Shown piece by piece: positions 38,870 through 52,384 of a stretch of DNA of 64,000 bases (positions are counted from its first letter, which is position 1; each line of letters opens with the position of its first letter). Source of the DNA: Octopus sinensis (taxonomy: Eukaryota); the NCBI RefSeq assembly GCF_006345805.1, contig NC_042999.1, positions 135,346,001-135,410,000 on the forward strand, written 5' to 3'. A program made the translations under genes and the position numbers. Below the pieces are notes generated by a model. The model worked only from the letters and a program-made list of their open reading frames with translations. It did not search any database and was not told the DNA's origin.

Positions 38870-39825
38870 CTAATAATCATAAAAACAATACCAGAAAGGT
38901 TAATAATGACGGTTTCTAACAATGGCACATGGCAACACAATTATTTTGGTAATAGGGGAAGGTTCAGCCAATTACAGTTTCTAATAGTCGGCACAGGTGT
39001 GGCTATGTAATAAGTTTCCTTCTCAGCTATATGGTTCTGGGTTCAGTCCCACTGCATTGTACCTTGTGCAAGCATCTTCTACTTTCATCTGAGGCCAACT
39101 AAAACTTGGAGCAAGAAATATCAAAAAAATACATTTTCAGTTTATAGATGGGCTGAAAGTGTACTAGAAAATCCACTCTCAATTAGGAGTAGTAAATTGC
39201 ATTGTAGCACAAACTGAGCATGATATAGGAGTATGCTAGACATACAAAACACTTGCATATCTGCTGTGTAAGAGAAGCATGGTGAAGGTGGTATATTTGG
39301 AACTGCACTCAAAAATACAAATCACTTGATCCAAAAAAGGATGAAGCCTTAGTTGGAACAAATCTATTCTCTTTAAAAATCAAAGAGTAGTGGACTACTC
39401 TGAAGGAAAAGACAAGTGGGGAAAATATGGAACTGGAATTTCAAATATCAAATGCATAACTTCCCCTCTGCCAGAAAAATTTAGTTATGAAAATACTCTT
39501 CTCAAAAGAAAATTTGAATCATTGATATGTCCTGTGCTTGTGAGAAAATGTTTAGACAAGTCAAGAGAAACAGAGAAATGGCCACAGCATACTTTGTATA
39601 TATCTGAGAAGGGAAGAAAGTATTACATGTGAATTATGTCACTTGTGATTGGTTGTTTGGAGAAATGACTGGAGTTGACAGACAAGTCAGCAAGTTAATT
39701 AGAAGAAAGTGAGTGGCTGGGCAAAATAAGACAAACAGCTGAGGAAGTATGTTTACAGATGTGAATAGATGGGGCAACATATGTGTCTGCACACACATAC
39801 CTACATACATATATGTACAGACACG

Positions 39826-39909
<84 letters not shown>

Positions 39910-39912
39910 AAC

Positions 39913-40472
39913 ATACAGGGTGTGGTGGGTAAATTGTCGCCATTATATATTTTAAATTTTGCACATGAACATTGTTTTTGATTTTGTATATTACTCAGTA
40001 TAGTAGGGTCAGTTGGGCACCATCTGTGAAAAAAAAACAGCACCATGACACAATTCACTCAGTCAGAAATTTGGAAACAACATATTGTATTACTTGGCAT
40101 TCATGCTGGAAGCTCCAATATAAATATTTCAGAGTGTTTGGGTGTCAATCTGGGGAAGGCACAATCAAAGGACATGTACTGAGAGTGAAAATCCAGTCAA
40201 CATCATGGTGTTTGGGGTGATCACTAGTGATGGCGACATTATGCCTTCATTCACCAACTTAAACAAGGAGACTATCCAAAAGAGTTGCAGGAGATTTTTA
40301 AGTCGTCTGGAGGCTATGGTTGAAGCCAGTGGCAATTTTATTGAATAAATTTACTCTTTAGTATTTCAAAATATTCTTATGTAATTTTAGTAAATATATC
40401 TGTTAAAATGAGATGTCAGTGTTATTTTCATTTTTGCATGATTTAGATGACATTTTATTCACTGCGCCCGTC
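39913..40472 (+). mobile_element. Internally deleted Tc1/mariner-superfamily element (maT/DD37D-like)
   Basis: TA-cagggtgtggtgggtaaattgtcgccat matches reverse of atgacattttattcactgcgccc; remnants PVNIMVFGVITSDGDIMP and CRRFLSRLEAMVEASGNFIE. Confidence 0.75.
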
Positions 40473-40474
40473 TG

Positions 40475-40760
40475 AACATGGCAGATGCCAGTGCTGTGTT
40501 GACTAGCTTCTGTGCCGGTGGCATGTAAAAAGCACCATCTGATCATGGTCGATGCCAGCTCCTCTGGCACCTGTGCTGGAAACACATAAAAAGCACCCAC
40601 TACACTCTCGGAGTGGTTGGCGTTAGGAAGTACATCCAGCAGTAGAAACACAGCAAGATCAGATTGGGGCCTGGTGCATCCTCCTGGCTTCCCAGACCCC
40701 AGTCGAACCATCCAACCCATGCCAGCATGGAAAACAGGCGTTAAACAATGATGATAATGA
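40475..40760 (+). mobile_element. RTE 3' tail fragment
   Basis: aaaagcacccactacactctcggagtggttggcgttagg...ccaacccatgccagcatgg followed by (ATG)n. Confidence 0.75.
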
Positions 40761-42658
40761 TACACACACATACATATATCATATACATTACTTGACTCCA
40801 TATATTGTGACTTAAATTTACACACACACACACACAAACACATGCATGCACAAACACACAAACACACGCATGCACACACAAACAAACACACACGCATGCA
40901 CACACACACAAACACACGCATGCACACACACACATACACCCACACATGTGCAAACATCTGGAAAATGTATGCACAGATGTGAACAGCTGAGGAATTAAAT
41001 ATGTATACAGATGTAGAATACTATGTTGTGTGAAAATGAAACAATATTGAAAAATTTACTGTCTGGAAATATTTGAAGAGACTAAATTTTCCTGTTCTAA
41101 AACACTAACAAACTATTGGTAGCCTGACATCATCTGGCTCAGTGTAGATGTTGTTGCTGCTGCTGCTGCTGATCAACTGGTAACTTATTTCTTTGACCTT
41201 GAAAGGATAAAAGGCAAAGTTGACCGTGGCAGGTTTTGAACATAAAGATGGACAAAATGCCTCCAAGCATTTGTCCGGTAGGGTAATGATTCTGTTGGCT
41301 CACCACCTTAACTCTATGGTATTCACATTATTCTGTTAAATGTAATGCTTATTTATCCACATTGTTTTGAGTTAATCATGCATCATCACACAGCTTCAGG
41401 ATTTCCAGGATGTGATCATTTATTTTCAGATGATGTTGTAGGGTAGCTGTGAGAGGCCAGATGTGGTCAGTTTAAACATAAAACAGATGGAACATTTGAG
41501 CTGGATATGGCTGGTTTAAATGCTAAAGGGTTAAATAATTCTGACAATGATCTCTTATATTGATGCAGAGCCGCAAATTTAAAAGGATTAGTTATAATCT
41601 ATTGGACAATCTCTCGACACATTTCTGGTATATATTTTAACCCTTTTCTTGCAGAAATCAGATACATCCACTCAAAATCTCATTACTCTTAATAGCAGAA
41701 GGCAGTTTTATATACCAATCTATCTTTTTTTGATAAATGTCCAGTTCGAAACTTTTGTTGAGACATGTCAAGTTTATTGAGGCAATGTGACTTGCAGAAA
41801 ATACAAATTCTATTTTTTGGTAGATATTTAACATCATTGCTGGAATAACCATGAAATTGAATTTCACAGTTAAAAGGTTAAGGAACCAACAGTTATAAAA
41901 ATGCAAAGTTGACACTAGTAGGGTTTGAACTCAGAATGTAAAGGAGCAAGACTAAAAGCAATAAGGCACTTTTCCCTTTAATAATGTTTTTCTTACATTG
42001 GCACAAGGTGACACATATACTATTAGTTTTTTTTTTATTTTAAGGACCCAGAAGAGATGAAAGACTGCATTTCATCCCTTCTGAGTGGAAACCACCAATG
42101 CAATACTGAACTAATGAAGAAAACTATTATCTGGTTGCTTGACCTGCCATGAATAGCAGCTAAATTTCCTTCAAGTCACACTATACCAAATAGGGCAAAG
42201 GCACTTAAGATAATTCTTTCTACTTTCTACTATAGGTGCAATGATTGAAATCTGTGTGTATGTGTGTGTGTGTGTGTGTGCATGAGAGAGTGAGAGAGAG
42301 AGGAGGGATGGTGTGTGCTAGTCAATTACATCAACCTCAGTGCTCAACTGGTATTTATTTTATTGATCCTGAAAGGACAAATGGCAAAGTCAGCCTTTGT
42401 AGAATTTAGGCTCAGGAGGACCAGAAGTAGTGCCACTAAGCACATTTTGTCTGGTGTACTAACAATTCACCTTGAATGGCACTTTAGATAATACAAGTCT
42501 TCATAATATGCCTAAAAAAGATGGATGGTCACAGGTGGCCTTTGGTTTTATGCCTGCTCCAACATAGCTAATCTAGTGGCAAATAACAGCAGCAACAACA
42601 ATGACCATTGCAATACAAAAAAGTGAGTGGGAAAAAAAACAACAAAAATCAAACTTAC

Positions 42659-42818
42659 TGCTAAGCATTCTCCTTCATATAAAAGCCCCATGTACGAGGC
42701 AGCATCACCATCACACAAGTTGATGTGAGTCAGTAGATTTTCTTCATTCAGGCTTACGATGAAGGAATCATTGGTATTACTTGCTTCAAATTTAGATGTC
42801 CCCATTTCATAGAATGCA
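42659..42818 (-). CDS. Exon 3 of unrecognised gene: (C)AFYEMGTSKF...LYEGECLA
   Basis: Pyrimidine tract plus tttcag acceptor, gtaagt donor, 160 nt, phase 2 in and phase 0 out. Confidence 0.85.
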
Positions 42819-42852
42819 CTGAAACACACACAAAGAAAGAAAAAAATCATAT

Positions 42853-43268
42853 AGGCACAGGAGTGGCTGTGTGGTAAGTAGCTTGCTTACCAACCACATG
42901 GTTCCGGGTTCAGTCCCACTACCTGGCACCTTGGACAAGTGTCTTCTACTATAGCCTCGGGCTGACCAAAGCCTTGTGAGTGGATTTGGTAGACGGAAAC
43001 TGAAAGAAGCCTGTTGTATATATGTATATATATATATGTATGTATGTGTATATGTTTGTGTGTCTGTGTTTGCTCCCCAACATCGCTTGACAATCGATGC
43101 TGGTGTGTTTACATCCCCGTAACTTAGCGGTTTGGCAAAAGAGACCGATAGAATAAGTACTAGGCTTACAAAGAATAAGTACTGGGGTCGATTTGCTCGA
43201 CGAAAGGTGGTGCTCCAGCATGGCCGCAGTCAAATGACTGCAACAAGTAAAAGAGTAAAGAGTAGAGT
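42853..43268 (+). mobile_element. tRNA-derived SINE family A, reference copy
   Basis: A box tggctgtgtgg, B box gggttcagtccc, internal (TA/TG)n, tail tgactgcaacaagtaaaagag; more than 10 full or partial copies in the window (e.g. 43700-44110, 48475-48600, 52135-52330, 55028-55205). Confidence 0.88.
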
Positions 43269-44151
43269 TAACTACTATATATAATTGTAGATAGGTTGCA
43301 CTTCTTTTACACCCAAAATTTCGATAAAAATCGGGTGCAACTTATTCACTTGACAGAAGTGGGAACTGAAATAGACAACTGCATATCAGTAAGGAAGTTG
43401 ATTTATCAATTAGACTACTTCCATAAAGCCACTTCCGCAAAAATGTTTAAATATTTGTAAGCTAAGTTTTGAAATAAAGGTGAAAATTTGATAACATTTA
43501 ACAAATACTAGTTAAATTAAAGCTATAAAGGGGCCATTTTAACTCCCCAGATTATAGTGTGATCTGTTTGCAAGTCAAGTGCAAATACCTACTTTGACAA
43601 CCCCAAACTAAGGGTGCAATCTATCCAATGGTACAACCTATCCACAAGTAATAGTATTTGATATTGGCACGAAGTCACATAATTTATCTTTTATCATTTG
43701 TCCATTACTTGTTTCAGTTACTGGACTGTGACCATGCTGAAGCACCACCCTGAAGAGTTTAGTCAAACAAAGCCACCCTAGTACTTGGTATTTAAGCCTG
43801 GTAATTATTCTTTTGGTCTCTTTTGCCAAAATGACTATGTTACAGGAATGTAAACAAACCAGCACTGGTTGTCAAAAGGTGGCGGGACAAACACAAAGAC
43901 ACACATACATACAAACATACATACATATACATAAACACACACACACACACACACATATACATACAAAGGGCTTCCACAGTTTCGATCTAACAAATTCACT
44001 CACTAGGCATTGGTCAGTCCAGGAATATAGAAGATAATTGCCCAAGGTGCCAGGCAGTGGGACTGAACCTAAGACCACATGGTTGTAAAGCTACCTTCTT
44101 AACCACATAGACGTTTATGGGCATACTACTACTACTACCACCACCACCACC

Positions 44152-44186
<35 letters not shown>

Positions 44187-44187
44187 A

Positions 44188-44640
44188 GCAGTGAGCTGGC
44201 AGAATTGTTAACATGCCAGACAAAAATGCTTAGTAGCATTTTGTCTGTCTTTATATTGAATTCAAATTCCACCAGGATCGACTTTGTCTTTCATCATTTC
44301 AGGACTAATAAAATAAGTACCAGTTAAACACTGGGGTTGACATAATCAACTTACCTCCTTCCCTAAAATTGCTGGCTTTGTGCCAAAATTTGACACCATC
44401 ATCATCATCATTATTTTTTTTTTTTCAGGTGGCAAACTGGCAGAATTGTTAGTATGCCAGGCAAAGTGCTTAGCGACATTTTGTCTATTGTTATGTTCTG
44501 AGTTCAGATTCTGCCGAGGTTGACTTTGACTTTCATCCTTTCAGGGTTAATAAATTAAGTACCAGTTGAGTACTGGAGTCAATGTAATTGAATTAACCCC
44601 TCCCCCAAAATTTCAGGCCTTGTGCCTATAGTAGAAAAGA
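44188..44640 (+). mobile_element. Two tandem family-B CORE-type SINEs
   Basis: gagctggcagaattgtt...ttcaaattcc...ttcatc.tttcagg...aagtaccagtt occurs twice. Confidence 0.8.
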
Positions 44641-44799
44641 TTTTTATTATTAGTATTTCCATTTTATTTCTCAGAGCTCTCAATTTGACTTGCTCTGGTT
44701 AATTCTGTAGGAGTGGACAGCAACCTGTTGTCAAAGGTCTCACAGGGTTTCTTTACTCAATACTCAACACTCAAGCACCAATCTCAAAATCCTGGCTGT

Positions 44800-46040
44800 C
44801 ACCAATAGAACAGTTTTCTTAGCATGTTCTACTCTCATGTTAATTCCAATTTCTCCATCATATTTCTCAAACCTAGTTGTTAGTGCTCTGAGTGCTCCTA
44901 CACCTACTGGGATGACAGTTACTCTCTTTATTGCCCACATTCATGCAATTTCATCTTTTAGTAGTTTGTGTTTTTCGCAATCTTTCCCAGCTCTTTGTCA
45001 TCCATGTGTGCATCTCCAAGTATGACAATATATATAATCTTGATTTTCTTCCTTTTATCCACTACAACAGCATCCGGTCTCCAAGCATCAATCACTGAGT
45101 TATATTAGCTTGTAAAATCCTAAAAGATCTTATATTCATTATCTTTGGTGATGCTTTCTTGGTTATTCCCATACCATTTCCATCTAAGAAATTCCCATAC
45201 CATTTTTCCAAGACCATACTTCTCACGCAAGCTCCAGCGAACAAATGTAGCCCTGTTATCATGCCTCCTTTTAGAATCCTTTTGGGCCAGTTTGTTACAC
45301 TCACTCAAAATATGTTAGACCATTTTATTTTTGCTGCCACACGTCCTACATATGAACGAATCACTGCTCTTATCTAACTGGAACTTGGTGTAATTAGTTC
45401 TCAGACCTTTTTCCTGGGTTTCTCATAACAATGTTTCAGTGTATCCTTTCAGATCACTTTTTCTTAGCCACCTCCAGGTGTTGGTATTGTCTTTCCCTTC
45501 AATTTCTCTGAGGTACTGCCCATGTATTTTTTTCATTTTTCAGTTGTTTAATTTTTGTTCTGTATCTCGTTTCTTAAATGTCACATTTCACTAGGTATTG
45601 TGTTATTTCTTACAGCAACAAACAAAGGTTCAACCTGCTTTTTGACATACCATCCCAGACCGTTTTCCTCATTGACAATACAGATCTTCCATCCTATGAG
45701 ACCTCTATCTCCCTTGTATTTTGGCACATACAATCGATATCACTTTTAGGGTGTAGCTCATTGTTCATTGTCATCATTTTCTTGATTTTTCTATCCATTT
45801 CCTTAAGCTTGTTTTTGTCCACCAAACAACATCTGCACTGTATCACATTAAAGACACAACTCATGTATTCATTTCCCTGGTCTTGTTCTTTCCATTGAGT
45901 CTACTCCCCATAATTAAATTGGTTCTTTTGAGGTATTCTCACTTGAAGCTTTCCTTCACCTCCCTTTCCTTGACTGCAAAACACCCAGATACTTATATCC
46001 ACCCATCTCAACATCCTTGGTTCTCTTTCCATTGGGTAGT
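44800..46040 (-). mobile_element. Decayed R4/Dong-like retrotransposon
   Basis: YKYLGV, HILSECNKLAQKDSKRRHDN, RPDAVVVDK and VIPVGVGAL remnants; adjacent long (TAA)n. Confidence 0.75.
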
Positions 46041-46090
46041 TCTACACCATCAGATGATATATAATAATAATAGTAATAATAATGATGATG

Positions 46091-46157
<67 letters not shown>

Positions 46158-46680
46158 TAGCAACAACAACAACAACAACAATATATGCCATGATGCAATA
46201 TCAGGTGCTAGCTCACATGGCTTCTGATCTTAACTGATTGGAAGTATTATCATGTATAAAAGATGGGCTACAGTAAATATTATGCTCAATACCACAGATT
46301 TGCTTGTCAGTAATTTGACCATAACCAGTTGAGCATGCCTCGTGGTGGCTGGTGATATATGCATCACTGATCACGAGCAGAAGTATTGGGGGAGCATCAT
46401 AGCCATGTGTTGAGAGGAATTCTTTGGGGTTTGAATAATTCACCTCTGGAAACGTGTGTTTCACTCATCATCCTTAAACAAACCTTATTCAGGGACCTTT
46501 TGAGTGGGATAACTTTCTAGTCCTGAAGAAAATTCTAACTGGGCTGCACCTGCAAGGTCCTGCACTGTTTATCCAGACAAGTGATCACCATGTTACACAC
46601 ATATAGTTGTGATGCATGTGCCTGGTGTACCCTTATATATTTTACTCCAGTGTCAATTTGATGACATGCACTACTCTCTC

Positions 46681-46717
<37 letters not shown>

Positions 46718-46719
<2 letters not shown>

Positions 46720-49700
46720 CGTTTAATGTCCGCTTTCCATGCGGGCATGGGTTGGACTGTTTGACTGAGGGCTGGCAAGCCAGAAGGCTGCACCAGGCTC
46801 CAATCTAATCAGGCAATGTTTCGACAGCTAGATGCCCTTCCTAATGCCAACCACTCTGAGAGTGTATTGGGTGCTTTTACATGCCACCAGCACGAGGGCC
46901 AATGTTCGAAGGTCGTGCTTCACCACCTCATCCCAAGTCTTCCTGGGTCTACCTCTTCCACAGGTCCCCTCAACTGCTAGGGTGTGACACTTTTTCACAC
47001 TGCTGTCCTCATCCATTCACAGCACATGACCATACCAGTGCAGTCGTCTCTCTTGCATGCCACATCTGATGCTTCTGAAGTCCCACTTTTCTCTCAAGGC
47101 GCTTACACTCTGTCGTGTATGCACACTGACATTATACATTCAGCAGATCATACTGGCTTCATTCCATGCAAGCTTACACTCCACAGCCCATGTTTCACTG
47201 CCATGTAGCATGGCTGTCCGCGCACATGTGTCAGACAGTCTACCTTTTAATCTAAGCAAGAGGCCCTTTGTCACCAGCAGAGGTAGGAGCTCTCTGAACT
47301 TTGCCCAGGCTATACTTATTCTAGCAGCTAGACTTTCAGAGCATCCACCCCTGCTACTGACTTGGTCACTAGGTAATGGAAGCTATCAACTACTTGTAGA
47401 TTTTCCCCCTGGAATGTGACGGAAGCTGTTCTCTGCACATTTTCAGTGTTTATTACTCCTGAGCATTTGTCACACACAAAAACTATCTTCCCAGTTAGCC
47501 TTCCTTTGATATTGTTGCACCTCTTATGTGTCCATAGCTTACACTGGGTACATCTTATAGAGTTTCTACCTACACCTTTTCTACAGATCAAGCAGGGCCA
47601 TCTACTTGAAGAGATTTGATTTATCTGCCTTCCTAGTTATTAAAACTTTGGTTTTTACTAGGTTGACTCTAAGCCCCTTCGATTCTAATCTTTGCTTCTA
47701 CACCTGAAACTTTTCCTCTAGTTTTGACAGTAACTCAGCAATTAGAGCAAGGTAATCAGCATAGAGAAGCTCCCAGGGGCATCCTGTCTTGAATTCCTCT
47801 GTTATTGCCTGAATAACAGGGGCCTGAGGACTGATCGTTTGTAGACCTCTACCCCTACCTGGAATTCTTCACTGTACTCATTGCCAACCCTCACCTTACT
47901 GACAGAGTCCCTATACATGGCTTGTACAGCTCTCACTAACCATTCGCCAATCCCTAGTTTCTTCATTGACCACCAGATAAGGGTTTGGAGGACCCTGTCA
48001 AAGGCTTTCTCCATGTCAACGAAAGCCAGGTACAGAGGTTTATCTTTGGCTAGGTATTTTTCCTGCAGCTGTCTTACCAGAAATATAGCATCAGTGGTGC
48101 TTTTCCCCAGCACAAACCCAAACTGCACCTCATCTAGACTGACCCTCTCCCTAATTAGTTGGGCTATGACCGTCTCTGTGACTTTCATTACCTGATCCAA
48201 CAACTTGATACCTCTGTAATTATTCATATCTAATGCGTCACCTTTACCTTTGTAACAGTTAGCTATAGTGCAGCTACACCAGTCATTGGGTATGACTCCT
48301 TCATGCATCACCTGGTTAACTATATGGGTGACTAAGCTGACACCGCCAGATATTTTAAGCATCTCTGCGGTGATTGTTGATGGGCCAGGGGCTTTGCCTG
48401 TCTTCATACCCTTAATTGCTTTATCTATCAAAGTACTGTCAATTCGGATAGCTGGTTCCTCTGTTGGGTCGATATTTGGCAGACCGATAGAATAACTACT
48501 AGGCTTACAAAGAATAAGTCCTGGGGTCAATTTGTTAGACTAAAAAGATGGTACTCTAGCATGGCTGCAGTCAAATGACTGAAACAAATAAAAGAATATG
48601 ATTTTCCTTTGTTGTATAAATCTTTTTAGTAACTCTTCATAGTTGCATCTCCAAGTCTCTCTCCTTGCAGCCTCATTAAATGCAAGTGAGCTATCATCCA
48701 TGTGGACACATATCTCTCCTATAACATCATGATTCTCTCTTATGCACTGTCTTGCAACATGAAACACCTCAAGTCTTTGGTCCTCACGATGCAGAACATT
48801 AGCAAATTTTTTCTTATCTGCTTCCCCTCTGGCTAAATAAACCTGTCTCCTAGTTTCCCTTCTGGCAGTCGGATACAATTTCCAATCCTTTCATGCCTGT
48901 TTCTTTTCCCTAATGGCCTTGTCAACTACTTTGTTCCACCACCATGTTACCTTGGGTTGAGAGGGGACTTTGCACCATCCACAGATCTGGTCAGTAGCCC
49001 TCAACAGGTTGTCCCGTAGAAACCTCCAGTTGTCTTCCACATCATGTGATGCTATATCCCCCTCTATTTAATCAAAAGCTTTGAGTAATATGTTTCTAAA
49101 TCTCTGTCCATTCGTAAGATCCTTAAGCTTCCAGACCCTTCTCCTCCATGCTGGTCGTCTTCTGGGCATTCATTTAGCCCTGATCCTGAAGTCGCTAACT
49201 ACTAATCTATGTTGTGGGGTGTATTCTTCACCTGGGAAGGTTTTGGCATTTATAAGTAACCATCTTTCCCGTTTCCTGGTGAGGATGTAGTCAAGTTGAC
49301 TAGTGTGTCTACCAGATCAGTAGGTGAATAGGTGACTGGCAGGTTTCCTGAAGTTAGTGTTACAAACCATAAGATCACTTGCATCACAGAGCTCCAGCAG
49401 CCTGGTTTCCTCCTCATTGAGGGAACCAAAACCATAGCCTCCATGTATGCCATGGAAGCCCCTTGCATGTTGTCCAACATGCCCATTGAAGTCACCAGCC
49501 ACAAAGAGAAGTTCCCCGCCATTTGTCGATGAGGTAGTCTGCAAGAGGGTGTCATAAAATCGGTCTTTCTGTCCATGAGGTAGCCCCAGCTGATGGGCAT
49601 AGGCCAAGATAATGGTTGCTCACCCATGATGCAGCACTAATCTAATCTTAAGTATTCTATTGCAGACTCTGACTGCCTCGATTATTTTATCAACCCATTT

Positions 49701-49730
49701 CTCCACAAGAAGTATACCCACGCCCCCAAG
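46718..49730 (-). mobile_element. Near full-length decayed RTE LINE (AP endonuclease + RT), interrupted by a SINE fragment
   Basis: LFVAGDFNGHVG, VCNTNFRK...FTY (APE), KAPGPS, NYRGIKLL, DMEKAFDRV, Cys-rich insert, RGRPRKTW. Confidence 0.92.
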
Positions 49731-49739
49731 GGCCTTAGA

Positions 49740-50935
49740 GTTAATTTAGCAAAGACCAAAGTCCTAGTAAGTAGGAAAACAGACATATCACTGATCCCTT
49801 AAGGGAGATGGCCCTGCTTGTTATGTAGAAAAGGTGTTGGTAGAAATCCATATGGTGTGCCCAGTGCAAGCTATGGACACTTAAGAGGTGCAGTGGTACC
49901 ACAGGAAAATTAACAGGGAAAGCAGCTTTTGTGTGCAGCAGATGTGCAGGTTCATTAAACACTAGGAATGTACAGAAAAGAGACTCCCTCAAATGCCTTT
50001 GGGGTTGCCTTAGAAGTAGTAGACAATTTCTGTTACTTAAGTAAACAAGTTAGCAGTGAAGGAGGTAGTTCTAAAAGCATACTTGCAAGAATAAGAATGG
50101 GTTGGACAAAATTCAGAGAACTACTACCTTTCTTAGTAATAAAGGGCCTCTCTCTCAGAGTAAAAGGCAGATTGTATGATGCCTATGTATGAACAATTGA
50201 GCTACATAGCAGTGAGACATGGGCTGTGAGTACTGAGGACATGCAAAGGCTGGAAAGAAATTAAACCAGCAAGCTCTATGGGATGGATGATGTCAGTGTG
50301 CATGTACAACAGAGTGTAAGTGATTTGAGAGAAAAACTGGGTATATGAGGCATCAGGTGTCATGTGGAAGAGAGCAGACAGTGCTGGTATAGTCATATGA
50401 TGTGTATGGATAGAGGACAGCTGCATCAAGAAGTGCTGATGTCTCATTGAGAAAGGAAAGTGTGGAAAGGATAGACCCAAGAAGACGTGGAATGAAGTGA
50501 TGAGAAAGGACGTTCAGACTTTGGTCCTCACTGAAGAGATGACAAAGTCCTCTGGTGGTTTGCTGTGCTTGAAAAACACATCAAGCTAAGTAAAATCATG
50601 ATTGTCCATACAAGCATGTCCACTACATCCCTCTCTCAGCTATGTGGTCCAAGTTTTGCAGGCTCATGGGTGCTGGTGCCTTGTAAAAGCCCCCATGCTG
50701 GTGACATATAAAAGCACCTGTGCCAATGCTACGTAACAGCATCTGTACCAGTGCCATGTAACAGTATCTGTGCCAATGCTATGTTAAAAGCACCCAGTAC
50801 ACTCTATGAAGTGGTTAGCATAATGAAGGGTATCCAGCCATAGAAACAATGCTAAAACAGACAAAATGGAGTCCAGGCCTGCTTCTGTCAAACTGTCCAC
50901 CCATGCCAGCATGGAGAACAGACATTAAATGATTA
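49740..50935 (+). mobile_element. Older 5'-truncated RTE LINE, head-to-head with the preceding one
   Basis: NLAKTKVL, CAQCKLWT, GWTKFRELLP remnants and RTE 3' tail. Confidence 0.85.
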
Positions 50936-50981
50936 TTATTATTATTGTTCTATATTTAGGAGATGAGGAATTATGTACATT

Positions 50982-51458
50982 ATTTACATTTGATGGATAT
51001 TTGTCCTCATCTTGTTTGTTGTTAACATGTTTTGGTTGATATACCCTCCAGCCTTCATCAGGTGTCTTGGGGTAATTTCAAACCTGGGTTCTCATTCCTA
51101 AGGTATTTTTTTGATGTTATTAGTATTATTATTATTATTGCTATCATTATTCAGGTCACTGCCTGGAATCGAACTCACAATCTTGGGGTTAGCAGCCTGT
51201 GCTCTAAAGCACTATGCCATATGCCTGTGGGCATATGGCATAGTGGTTAAGACTGCAGGCTACTAACCCCAAGATTGCGAGTTCAATTCCAGGCAGTGAC
51301 CTGAATAATAACAATAATAACAGCAACATTGAAAAATACCTTAGGAATGAGAACCCAGGTTCGAAATTTCCCCAAGGCACCTGATGAAGGCTGGAGGGTA
51401 TAAACTGAAATGTGTTAACAACAAACAAGATGAGGACAAGTATCCGTCAAATGTAAAT
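50982..51458. mobile_element. Palindromic element: back-to-back tRNA-like heads, each followed by a hammerhead-like pLTR tail
   Basis: Arms mirror about ~51227; A box tggcatagtgg (51236), B box gttcaattcc (51281), ctgatga (51381)...gaaa (51407). Confidence 0.8.
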
Positions 51459-51895
51459 CATGATTATTATTATTATTATTATTATTACTCTTTTTTTTTG
51501 CAGTTCTCATGGAGATTCAGTGTGACACAGAATGTGATAAAGCTGGTCCTTTGAATTACAGGTACAAATAATTTTTTGTCAGCTGAGTAGATTGGAGCAA
51601 TGTGAAATAAAGTGTCTTGCTCAAGGACATGTGCTGCTGTGAATTGGCAGCCATTAAGCCATGCATCTTCACAGAACATTAGTAGATGATGTTGGAGTTT
51701 GATTGTGTATGACTTGATGCTAATTGGTTGAATGACCCGTCACTGGATATGGTCTAGGATATGTGTGTGCATGTATGTGTGGTGTGTGTTTGTGTGTATG
51801 TGTATGTGTGTGTGTGTGTGTGTCTGTGTCTAGCAGCAGTATCATCCAAGATGTGAGAGCAAAGGAGGAATAAAGAAAAAAAGAAAAATACTTAC

Positions 51896-52036
51896 CAATC
51901 TTGATGAAAAACTTGTTGTTTACCACGAAGGGTGACATATCGATAAGCACATTTCCCAAGTTCTACAGGCTTTTTAAATTGTTGAATATAATCAAAGGAT
52001 AACACATTGAAGTTGGTTGCTAGACACAAGACAATC
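51896..52036 (-). CDS. Exon 2 of unrecognised gene: (R)IVLCLATNFNV...KQQVFHQD
   Basis: T-run plus cctgtag acceptor, gtaagt donor, 141 nt, phase 2/2. Confidence 0.85.
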
Positions 52037-52384
52037 CTACAGGTAAAAAAAAAAATTGATAAAACTTCAGTATAAATAAAATTGATTTGGGTAGACAAAA
52101 GATTTCAGATTTATACAACAAAGGAAAATCATATTCTTTTATTTGTTTCAGTCATTTGACTGCAGCCATGCTAGAGTACCATCTTTTTAGTCAAACAAAT
52201 TGACCCCAGGACTTATTCTTTGTAAGCCTAGTAGTTATTCTATCGGTCTATTTTGCCAAACTGCTAAGTAACAGGGACATAACACACCAGCATCGGTTGT
52301 CAAGCAATGGTGGGGGACAAACACAGACACAAATACACACAATCACACACACACACACACACACACATAATTACAATATCCATG

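Noticed and set aside
51229-51302. Functional tRNA gene
   Set aside because: A and B boxes are present but the acceptor and anticodon stems pair poorly, and it is embedded in a palindromic repeat; treated as a tRNA-derived head
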